64,000 bases of DNA, from NCBI GenBank assembly GCA_002633005.1, contig NMRA01000088.1, positions 794,437 through 858,436 of the forward strand. The letters are read 5' to 3'. Below, in pieces: positions 25,601 through 37,600 of the stretch. Both the position numbers and the translations under genes were made by a program. Position 1 is the first letter of the stretch. The number at the start of each line of letters is the position of its first letter. The notes beneath the pieces are model-generated. The model worked only from the letters and a program-made list of their open reading frames with translations, searched no databases and was not told the DNA's origin. This stretch comes from Phoronis australis (Eukaryota; Animalia; Phoronida).

Positions 25601-28600
25601 AAACTATTATAGAACGTATCATTAGTTTCATTGTGGATAGAAAAGAGCAATTCCGATTAACTATTTAACTTACTTCAAATACATACGAATATATCAATCT
25701 TAAACCGTCGTGGAAATGTATATCACAAACATTTCAAAGTCTGGTCAGGACGCCATTTGTTGGCCACACAGGCCTTTATCCAGGATTTCGAAAATAGGGT
25801 GTCCAAAATGGGGTTCCCAATTTTCCAGGACGTCCATAATTCCGACGCGTAACCCCCCACCCCCAGCAGTCCCCCCAAACACACAATTTTTTTACAAAAA
25901 AATGCACAGACCAAGGTTTTTACATCTAACTTTACAAAACAGCCTTCTGTAGTGAGCATTTTTAATAAAAAAATTGGTGTAGACCAAGACTTTTACAATG
26001 CTATCAACCAAGTGTGAGCATAGCAACATTGTATATTAGTCGGTGGGCCAGATTTTGTAGGGCCTCTAGAAAATGGTTTTTGTGAGTACTTTAGGGGGGC
26101 AATTTTATTTTGGTGTTTTTTAATTCATTTATTAGAGTGTTTTCAAAATCTAAAAAGTTCCCACATATAAAGTTGCACATTTTTGAGAAATTTGAGTTTG
26201 AAGTTGCCTAATAATCACCAAAGAGCTTAGTAAACTTATATTTGTAAAAACAACAGTTTTGGTGACCTTTTTTGTAAANTGCCCCCCCAAAGTACTCACA
26301 AGGATGAACGCTACGAGATCTGGCCCACCGACTATATACTTTATATATATATTGTATATTACTTCCTGCTTTGAAAAAAGAGCCCCCACTGAGCCTTCAC
26401 ATTACAATGTGTGTGTCCAAACTTGAAAGGTTCCTATTGACAGTGGGCATCCAAATGATACATTGGGCATCCTCGCCAGAGTGTCCATATTAGTGCTAGG
26501 GCGTCCATTTGGACGCCCAGGACGTACGCTGCAGAAAGGCCTGTGGCCATATCACGTGACTGAATGTACATAAGTCTGAAAAGATTTCTACCCCAACTGG
26601 GACTCGAACATTTTGATCCTGGTATGAGACATACATTTTAGTATGTGCACACAGGAGTTCAAGGGCGGGATGCCCACTACTAAGTCTGATTGTATTTCTG
26701 TATTCGACTGGTTGTCCCGATAGCTCAGTGGTCTAGAGTGTCTGCACCGTTAGCTGAAAGTCCTGTGTTTGAGTCCCAGTTGGGGCAGAAATCTTTTCAG
26801 ACTTATGTTCACTAGGTCACGTGATGTGGCCACAGGTGGCGTGCGGACCAGACTTAAGGTAATTAATTGAGAATTCAAGTTCTTTCTTTAATCATTAATG
26901 TTAAATTCTTAGTTTATTATTATTATTACCAAGATGTGTTATACTTGAATTTGTTTTTGTTTTAATTTCTTTCATTGTACTGTCTGTTGTAATTTCATTA
27001 TTCAAGCCACGGTGAAATTCCTACTGCAATTAACTCGAGTTGTATTTCTTTAGCAATCCCTTGTTTTTTCACGAAGTCACTCGTGCAGGGTTTCAGAAAA
27101 GGCCAGTTTTTTATTGCCTACTAAACTCACTTTTCTTTGAGTTGCCAATGACTAAAACATTTCACTATTGATGTCACGAGATATCAATATTGAAATGTAG
27201 GGAGAAACCTATGAACCTTGTTGGTAAACCAGTCTCTGAGAAAGCGAGTTTGATTTTGATCCTGACAGATTCTTATAGCTTTATGTTGTGTTATTATTGT
27301 GAAAGTGATTAGCTACAACACTGTGAGCCATGGCAAAAGTCTTTGGTTTATTAGTCAAGCATGCTGTGACTAACTGGGTTGAACTGAATCTCACCTGTTA
27401 ATCACTTTGTCGTCAACAGGTTAATTGGCCATCCAGGTGTTCTGTGGGAAATCTGACAGTTATTCGTTTATTTAGTGGGAATTAGGTGGTGACTGAGCAC
27501 TCTCAAACACCCTGTTTATTTGATTTTAATGTTTTTCATTATGTAGTACTAATTGAAATTGTGTGTGTGTGTGTGTGTGTGCGTGTGTGTGTATGTGTGT
27601 GCGTGCGTGTGTGCGTGCATGTGTATATGTGTATGGTAATTGGTTTTACGTAACATAACCAAGTCTTTTACTAGATGTTAGCTTGTTTGTACTGGCCTTT
27701 GAACACAGGTTGTGAAGATGGTTCAGTTTTGACTTGAAGTGTAACTGCTATGGTGGACTGCGTGCTCTTATTGTTTCAGTTGCAGCGGATGATACTGGTT
27801 GATGTATCCTCCCCATTTGAGTTCATACAATCTCTATGTCTTACTATTTTTACAACCTGAAAGAATGTTGTAGGAAGCCTAATAATTCTCCCTTAAACTT
27901 ATAGTTTTGTTTAATACTATTTGCTTATAAGAAATCATAATTACATGGAAATTATTGTGTATATTTCAAAGTCAAACCCTTGCCATGCATTTTTTGTAAG
28001 TTGGCAGCACGTTTTCTTTACGTATAGTGCTATTAGCATGACACTGGCTTCAGCTCATTCTAGCCACCTAGAATCCTCTCCTAAGTTCACAGGTTGTGTT
28101 CTTCAGAACTTAGGAGATAACTCTGAGGAAGCTAGAATGAACAAGAAGCCATGTAGTGTTCATTAGCACATGTATTATGTGACATTTTTTAAACGCTTTG
28201 ACTTTTGACCCAGCGAGTAGTTTTGATTATTATTCCTCAGTTCTGTCAAATTTTACATTCGAGATGTAGGGAATATGGCGAACTTTATAAATATGTCAAA
28301 ATTTCACTGATTTCATAAATAGGTAAAAAAGCAGTTGGTTCTGGACTGTATCCCTAGTCATTTTGAAACCTGCACTTTCTAATTAAAAAAGCACCCGCCC
28401 GTGTAAATTTCAGCCAAGATTTTGTAATTTGCTTGAAAAGTCACAGAAACCCATAGTTGTCAAATAATCCCCCTATTGACATAAGTTTGGTGACCCTGTA
28501 CAGTGAGAGTTGATAGTAAAGCCAATTTTGCTCTTTGTGTTATTTCTGGTTTTAAGTGCTGTTTGGTTTGAGGCACTTGTTCTGACAATTAAGCGGATGT

Positions 28601-31600
28601 GGTTTTTCAAACTAATCAAGTTTTTGCTGTATTGTGTTTCATTTGTTTCTTCTGAAATATCATTGCCACAGTCATAATATATCATTTCTAAAGTTATGAG
28701 CTACGGAGCATTCAATGTTCGCCTAATTGGTGAATTGGTTTGGGTTTTACCATCATTGACTGTTCTGTTCAGGATTTGTCATTGGTGTACGGCTTGCATT
28801 AGCCCAGAACGGGTTTGAGAGTATGAATATTGACTGGCTTGGGTTCTTAATCATTAGGTGTGCGCTTCGTAATTGCTAATTAATTTGCTTGATGACTGTT
28901 TGACTGTGTCTTCGCTTACTGGGAGTCATGTTGAACATTAGATGTGGTTGGCGTGAAACAATTCACACTTACCTGGTAGAGATCATACAAACGCCCCTGG
29001 GAGCTAAGTGAAAAAACACGGGTGTGCCTGTTTCAGGTCAGTGAGGTGAACTGCTCCGCTCGTTATCGTTAATGGTCGTTTGACGAGTTAAAGCCAAGGG
29101 AGGGCTGGCTCTGTTTGGGGGAACTGTCTAGCGGCAAGTTGATGTCATGTTAGCTACCAAAGTAGGTCACTCATCGCTAGTGGTCTTGAGATGGTGGTAG
29201 AGCACGCCCTAGGGGGTGTTCTTTGGGCAAACTTTAAGATTGTTTGTTGCCTAGGCCTAGAATTTTTGAGTTTAATAGCAAGGCTGAGGGGCCAGAGTTA
29301 TTAGGAAGGTTGGTTAATGATTCACAGGCTTGTGCAAAATGTTTGGTAAGGACAACCAATGCCGATTTGAATCCCCCTGGTGTCAGTAAAGCCATGTCTG
29401 ATTTCCTTTTGTTTTCTTCCAATAGAAAGATGTAAAAATTAAATTGAGTATGTGGTTGACGTTTGGCTTGTTTCTGTGCTTACTATATGCAGTAAAGTTT
29501 GGTAAGGGTTTTGATTTCTGAGAAGTCGTACATCTATTTTATTTATCTGTGAAGCCCTGTCATTTCTTGTCTTAATTCATTGGTAACAAGAAATAATTGG
29601 GAATGAAAAGTAAAATACGATTCAATAGTATTTATGGAAAATATTTTTTAAGTCGCGAAGACTTTTAGGGTTCATTTAATAATAGGGGTAATACGTTATT
29701 TTGTGTGATATTGTCAGCTAGAAAAATCTTTTTCAAGATCACCCTAGCATAGAATTGAACCTGTAACTCTTGCGTCGTGGCCAAAGGGTCTGTAGGTGAA
29801 GGTAAACCCTATTCACTATGTTGTAGTCTGAGAGTGTTTTAAGTGGTCCATGGCTTGGAATTTTCCTCTTGAGTATTTCCTTTTTCTTGGTTTCAATTTT
29901 TTCTTATTTGATTCCCAGTTTCCTCTTTTTTGTCTCTTTTTAATTTTTATTTTGTCCATATTCATGCAAAAACGTTGTTTCAGTTAAATTTACAACACGA
30001 AAATATTACTATCGCACAAGCCTGTTTATTTGTGGAACGATATGTTGCCTAGAAAATTTTCTTAATTTTTGTTATTGGTCATTCCAAGCCTTGTAAATCA
30101 TAGAATATAATTTCAGCGAATGTCTGGGGAAAATTAGCAATTTGAAATGAAATCATCAACAGATTTTATTGTTAAACAGTCGATGCTAATAACGTCAGAA
30201 CGTCCATATCCATTCCAGAATTGTGTTTTTTTGCTATAAAAAGGATAAAGTCCCTTTAAGAGGAATTGATCAGGTGAAGTAAGTATTAATTGCCTTACCA
30301 CACGTGATGCATGCGTGCATCCCTTTGGAGATAATTACAAAATCACACTATAACTCGTAGCGTAATCAAAACTTTGCACCCTATAATCTCAAATTATACG
30401 GAAGACATGTTTTAACAAGTGATGGAAAGATTAAACAGTGGTTGATAGTCAGTTGGCGTTGATTAGTGAGTCAGAGTGTCTAAACAGCATGTAGAACAGC
30501 AAGTGTCTTTTTAAAAAAATGGCAGAAACAGCTGAGCTTCACAATAGTGTCTTTAATGAGCGCGACCTATTGACCTTGGTGTTAGCATTGGCTGACCTGA
30601 GGAAGGTTGGATGTGTTTGGCAGAAACATTGTGGCTAATCAGTCTCGACTTTCTGAAACAGCAAATGCTACTGTTTTTACTTAGCGGAATTCTGGGTCTT
30701 CCGCCAAGTATGTTGGTCTGACATCAATTTTTTTTGTTTGCTCTCTAGAGCTCGCAATTTTCGTCCGATTCGCACGAAATTTGCACACGACGTGTAAATC
30801 ATTTTCATTGTTGGATCATTCGGTTTGTTGCCATTTGTTTACTGAGTGCAATGTTTTCTTATGCCTAAAGCCACATTTCTCCTCGATTAGCTTTTTAAAA
30901 AACGAATATAGAGTTTATAAGCCTTTTATCCTCATATTTGATCTCAATATTCCTTAACATAGCAGGATTCTGTTTCTATCAAGTCACAGACAATGTGCAG
31001 ATGCGGCATTTTTTAATTTGCAATTTTAGGGTTGGCCAACCCTCATGAAGTCTCGAGCGTTTTATTGTCTAGCTGATAATATTGATGTTCTTGGTGGTAG
31101 CCGAAATAAAATACTATCTCAGCGAGGATTATTATGGGACCGATTTTACAAGTTAGAGTAAAAGGCCTAAATTTATTTTCATTTTTTAGTCGACTAAACT
31201 GGAGGAAATGCCACTTTAAGGCTATTTACTACTTGCACACTTTGGTGGTGCTGCAAAAATGATTGGTGTGCATTGTTGTTTGGAACACATTGCCTCGTTT
31301 TAGAATTAATTTTAACAACGCAAACGTGAAAGCACACGAAGTTTGGACACAACACCTTGTTTTCAAATTCGTGCAGGTACTGAATTAAAACATCCGAATG
31401 AATAAGTTCCACCGAAAGGTTAAAGTAATATCTCTACTTAATTGGCAAGTATCGAGATAATTGCCTAAACTCATTTTCTCAATTTTCAAGGCAGTTTCTG
31501 GAAATAATGGACAATTTCCCTCAAGTTGTGTTTTTTGATATCTACACAGTACAAACCGTGCTGGCAATAGACTAAAGCTTTTTCAATATTTATTTTTGAG

Positions 31601-34600
31601 GGGAAATTTGACAAAATAGGATTTCTCTTGTCGGCCATATCTTGTACCAAATAAATTGAGAACTACAATGTTGTAAAGGTTAGCATACACATTTTTTCTT
31701 GTTGTTCATCATGTTCACTTTGCACAGAGGGTCTGTTGTATTCAGTTTTCAGTTTCTCAATATATAATCCCAGGTCATAGACCGAATGTTAATCAGTTAT
31801 TGTAATTACAGCTGTCTTGTGCAGTATACGCACACACACATATATCCACCCTACATGATATTTTGACTCTTGATATCAATTTTAAAAAAATTAGATTGTA
31901 AATTTCATTCATTGTGGAATTTTTGGTGAAACATTTTGTATTTGAAAAACGACAATTCCTTTGTAGTATTTATTTTGAAAAAAAGGTGTCGCGTGAAACA
32001 AATCCTTTGGGAAGATGTGTATCTAACTTGATTTTTGCTGCAATTATTTGTTGTTTCTTAAATAGTCTCTTTAATGAGTACATCCAATTTGGGAATTTGT
32101 CAAACGTGTTTGGCATCTGCCCACTTACGAATCTCAGTCACACTTTATGGTCATGATTATTTTCTTGTACATCAGTGAAAAATGATGCGAAATGCACCAA
32201 GTGTACTATTAGCTCCTCAAAAAGCACTTAACTGTTTTGATATATGCGCATGTCATGTGACAGAGCTCACCATTCACTAGGTGGCACTAGTGTCGACAAC
32301 TGCACTTGAAAAATGCATGCAACAAGGAAATGGTGCTGGGTCCCTCATCTAGCGTACACCAGCACGCCAGTGAAACTTTCTGTTGCTTGTCTATTCAGAT
32401 GATAAAAAGATGGCTCGTGGTTAGCACCACCTAGTGGTTGTCGAGAGTACCATGATTTTTAAAATGTTTGGCAACCGTGTGTGATTATTCCCACCATTCA
32501 CATCACTGGGGTGTGTTGAATGAGGGCAGAATTGGGCTGCTAGGAAATCTCGCCAATTTCGGACAAAAATAGTTGCCAAAATTGTTAATTTCTTTTCATA
32601 TTTCCAGAGCTTCTACCATTGTAGTGAATGCCCACAATTTGTGTGTATAATAGTAACTGTAGTACCGAATTTGAAAATCATTCGTTTTGTGCTACTTATC
32701 GCATATGAAAAAATGAAAAAAATACAATTTCACGTGACTGACAAATTGGGATGTTTAGTGTTATTTGGTCATTTTCAAGGCTCTGTCAAGTCACCTGTCA
32801 GTGGTGGAGTTGTGTGACACGTACAAATTTAGCTCGTAGTTTCGCTTCCCTAACGCTGGTGGGGTCTTACGCAACCCTGGATTGATCTTGTGTTTCGCCA
32901 AGTTCGATGACCGCCAACTTGTTAGTGTGCCTTTTGATATGCTATGTTAAGTGACACGCACTTTTGTAGCCATATTAGTGTAAGTAAATTGGTGGGTAAT
33001 TTTGTATCTGCTCATAATGCGAGTACGTTTTGTAACAAAATGAGAAAATAATCACTCGTACCCCCAACTGTGTCTCGGTACTTGGTGTGATTTTACATTA
33101 AAGTCACGTGTACTTTTGTTGTAGGTGACTACTGAGCAAACACCGAAGACGCCATCGGTGGAGGAGCAGGAGCAGATTGAGGAAGGTTGGTTAGCAACGT
33201 CGTAAGGAGAATTTATGCAAGCAGGCCGGTGGCCAACTTTTGGAGCCACAATAAAAAATGTCTACGGTTTATAGGGTTTCTGAAATTGAACATTCATTTA
33301 TCAGCAGATATCATAGACTAGGCTTTATGAGGAACTGGACATGCTTTTTACTTATTTATGCATTGAACTTAAAACCAGAAAATCTCTCAACAAATGATAT
33401 CGGTCCTTATAATATGTTGCTGATGTCGCTGACCCTAGGCTTATATATGGGGCAAAATAGGTCATTTTTCGAATGCATGGTCTGGGGCTTACTATCGGAA
33501 ATTCCGAGTGTCACCACTGCTTATACTGCCGTTAGACGTTAACTTTGCCACGGCGTAAATTGCTGCAAGATGATCAGTTTCCGGTAAAAAATGTCTATTT
33601 AGGACAAAGTAATTCTGTTGCTAAAACTGACGTTTTTCTAGTGTCCGAAGGCTTTCTACGTCACTGCAAATGCTTAGATTTTACCAAATGTTTGGTGACA
33701 GCTCTATTGGGCAAAACATACCAGTAGCGAGGCAAAATTTCTTGAAGTGTTATTGCTGTTGAAAAATGTGACGAAATGAAATTCCTCTTGTCCGCCACAT
33801 TGTGTCCCAAACTGCAAAGTTTTTACCATACATGGCATGCGAGTTATTTGATGGAATGTTAAAGGACTTCGCAATAAGCAATAATTACCTGAAACGCATT
33901 AGAAGTGTAATTGCATGACATATTGCCCTTGTGTTTTGGAAACATGATTTCGAGTTCATTTTCGAGTAAGATTATACCCCTGGCCTAGGTGTATTGTTAT
34001 TAAGACTATGTTCTAAATCTTGTAGTGGAGAGTATCCTGGATGTTGATGTGCGTAACGTACCGTATCACGTGAAGCAAGCCGATTACATCCCATACAAGG
34101 AGAAGGTGACCCAAGAAGAAAAGTCCTACTACGTCCCGTCAGTTTTGGGAGGTGGGTAGTGGGCCGCTGTGATATGAGAAATGTGTGGCTACTGATCAGG
34201 CGGGACCGGAAACCCGTTGATGAGATACGTTCTTTTGTGTGTATAGTGTGTCAGATATACTGTTGGTCAAAAATTCAGCCATACAGTTTTGCCTGACGTG
34301 CGTTGTGTAGACGCGAAAATCTCCGAGGTAGCTCCATGCATTAAAAGCGAAGCACGTGACAATCTTGCGTCTACAGAACTCAACCGTCGTCAGTAAGTTG
34401 CAGGTTTGTGCACAAGAAAGGCTGCTGTGTAATTATTCAGGTTTATACCAAAAACGGCGTTTCGATAAAAAAGTACAAACTTTGAATTCAGCTGTAGTTA
34501 AGGGGAAAAATACCTCGGATTTGGCACTACTGTCTGCAACCTTTGAAATGAGAAGTTCTGCAGTGTTTGAAACAAGAAGTGCTGAAATGCTCTTACCTTA

Positions 34601-37600
34601 CAACTGTTTGGTGTTAGACCTGTAAAAAGCTTTTGAGTTCTTGGATTTGGAAGCAAAAATGTGCTTAATGAAGTTAAACTTGCCTTTCGTTTGATTTATA
34701 CCATTTATTATGATAGAATTGCTGTAAATCTTGCCTCATGTTGTTCCTCGTCTGGATTAGAGGTGATTTTTGGGCATGCAAAGAAATGACAATTAGTAAC
34801 TGCAGCTTGAGACCACGTTCATCGTTACCTGTCGGGGACGGCCATCTTACAAAAATTGCTCCTGAGCAATGACGAATGGTCAGTTTTAGTCCCAGAAATC
34901 ACCTCCAATAGGGAAATGGAACAGTTATAAAAATTCCAAGAATGATTAATAGCAGCTTTAAATTCTTATCTTGAAAATATAAGTTTCACTCTCCGCAAAA
35001 CAGCAGTACACCACGTGGGTGGTGAAAGAAATTTTGGTTTCTCCTGACCAGTCGCAAGTGTGGGATGATTGTGTTTGTTTTGCAGGCAATTTATTTAAAC
35101 GCATTTTCACCGTGAGCGCTACCTATGGTCGGTTCTGGTCGAGAACATTGTTTTAAGTGTTCAAAATACAGAAATTTAAAAAAAAATGTTGACAAAGTTT
35201 TGTTGAAGCTGTTGTGTTTTGTCAAATAAGGAAATTGTAGACAAATTGGAAATTTGCTGTGATCTCAATAATCTTTAATTTTTCACCGAGATGTTGTCAC
35301 TTGAAAGTTAAATTTTTAACTCATTTTTGAAATGAGTTGCAGTGGAATTAAATTTATATTAAGGATTTGTCCTGTATAAAATATTAACTAATCTTCAGAC
35401 ACACCATTTTTGGGTCCAGAATATTTTAATTGTGTTTAAACTGTGTGAGTCATTATCAAAGTGTTTATATTTCATCGAACTCTAAAACGTCTTTTGCTAT
35501 TGTTCACCATCAGCTGCGATTGAAGAGAAACTGCCGGGGGAGCGCGAGCCTCGCTTTCTGGAAGAGGAGGGTCTGTACGTGGGGCGCCGTCCAATCATGG
35601 CGTACCACAACGAACACAAGATTGAGAACAGACTGTTGAAGGAACCCAATGGAATGGTAGGAATGCCCACAGTTTTGTTTTTTAACTTTTTTGAGGTTGT
35701 GTTGGATGTTATAGACAAACTGTGTTTTTAACCAAATATCCGCAAAACTATAGATTTGAACTCGGTAAAATCATGTTGTTTTCTGAAACTAGAAAGCCAG
35801 TAGAATTTGATTTTCGAGTTTTTACCAATGTGTCATAATTCNAATCTTCAGACACCATTTTTGGGTCCAGAATATTTTAATTGTGTTTAAACTGTGTGAG
35901 TCGTTATCAAAGTGTTTATATTTCATCGTACTCTAAAACGTCTTTTGCTATTGTTCACCATCAGCTGCGATTGAAGAGAAACTGCCGGGGGAGCGCGAGC
36001 CTCGCTTTCTGGAAGAGGAGGGTCTGTACGTGGGGCGCCGTCCAATCATGGCGTACCACAACGAACACAAGATTGAGAACAGACTGTTGAAGGAACCCAA
36101 TGGAATGGTAGGAATGCCCACAGTTTTGTTTTTTAACTTTTTTGAGGTTGTGTTAGATGTTATAGACAAACTGTGTTTTTAACCAAATATCCGCAAAACT
36201 ATAGATTTGAACTCGGTAAAATCATGTTGTTTTCTGAAACTAGAAAGCCAGTAGAATTTGATTTTCGAGTTTTTACCAATGTGTCATAATTCGGTCACGT
36301 GATCATATCTCTTTAGGACAATTTAAGAAAGCTTCATTGTTAATAAAGCAAGGGGTGTCAACAACGTGATCAAATTTTATTTGATGCAAATAATTAAGGT
36401 GTGATCTCAAAAATGCTGTTACAGTTTCGTTTTTGCTTTATGCAACGTAAGATTTCTCCCTAAAAATCATAAGCGTCCTATTTTTTTATAACCCCTGATG
36501 CAAAAGTGGTCCATTTTAAAAGGAGTCACTAACAATATTTTGGGAACAGTTTATGAAGCAAAATGTCTGAATGTTTCTTATAAATCTCGTCGGCCATTTC
36601 TGAGATGTGATATTCTGAAGTTGGCCAAATTTAAACATTATTCTTGGGTCCTATATAGCTTTAACTGAATTAATAATGTTCTTTTGCAGCAAACTTTGAT
36701 GTTTAGCAGGTGAAATTGTCGATACTTACATAGCGTTCTCTTTTAATGGAGGCTTTTGCCTAAAACCACATGCAATGAAGCACTTCCCATTTAAAAAGGG
36801 ACTTTCCCATTTTGTCCCAAAATGTAATATTACATTTCAGATAAATATCAACATTTTGTCTTTAAATTTGGTTTATAATCAATCATGACCCCCTCCTTAA
36901 TGCATTTCATGTTCTACTTTCGTTAATTAACCATTGAAATTTGCTTGCATAAGCTTAGTATGGTGTCTTGGAAAAAATTGCTTAAATGTGAAAACCTTAA
37001 CATTTTAGCATGTCAAGTGAACATTCTCTAATTTTACAAGGTTATATTCCGGACATGGCAGGAGCATGCGCATATTTTATAATTGGTAATGAGAGAAACT
37101 TGAATGTTAGTGAGTCCAATTTGTGAGTTCTCTTCAGGGCCTCAAGTGGTTTGGTGAGGACGGTCGTGTGCTAGCCATCCCCGACCCACTCAAGGACGCT
37201 CCGTCACGACCCTACTTCAACGACAACATTGACGCCGCGCTGCAGACAGAGTATAAGAAGGTACGTGATACCTGTTGGTTAAATTAACTCTACAATTTGG
37301 ACTGATTGATAACTAAGATGTTGACTTTTGTCCCTCGTATTCACAGAATGTCTCTGGAGGTCTGTTCCATAACATTGCTGCATATCTGTCAGTGTTACAT
37401 TGTTCACAGTGTAGAGAGTCTTCGTCAGTTAATGAAAGTTGTGTTTGGTTTTGATTTGACTGGTTTTAGTTATTACCATGTTAGTATCAAAACAGATTTT
37501 ATCATACCTGAAAACTTAAAGTTTGATGTATCATACTCATTTTAAAAGGCATTTATTGGGACTTGCCAATTTCAATATGGCCGATGGCGGCCATCTTAGA

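Larger units (their letters stand above)
25737..26855. mobile_element. fold-back element built from inverted tRNA-derived SINE-like arms, interrupted by nested MITEs
   Basis: After removing 25769-26551, the left arm AAGTCTGGTC...GGGACTCGAAC is the reverse complement of the right arm GTTTGAGTCCC...GACCAGACTT (~90 bp). Confidence 0.75.
35390..36292. repeat. direct duplication of ~450 bp including exon 8
   Basis: 35390-35841 vs 35843-36292 around single N 35842; 3 SNPs and a 2-bp indel, all intronic. Confidence 0.95.

Noticed and set aside
26714-26787. Functional tRNA gene
   Set aside because: Anticodon stem does not pair, T-loop is mutated (TTT for TTC), and it is embedded in a repeat with an inverted partial copy.
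29740-29790. Minus-strand tRNA/SINE B box (GGTTCAATTC)
   Set aside because: No convincing A box or stems; too degenerate to call.
35514-36107. Mutually exclusive exon pair
   Set aside because: The exons are identical and separated by an assembly N, so an allelic overlap explains them better.
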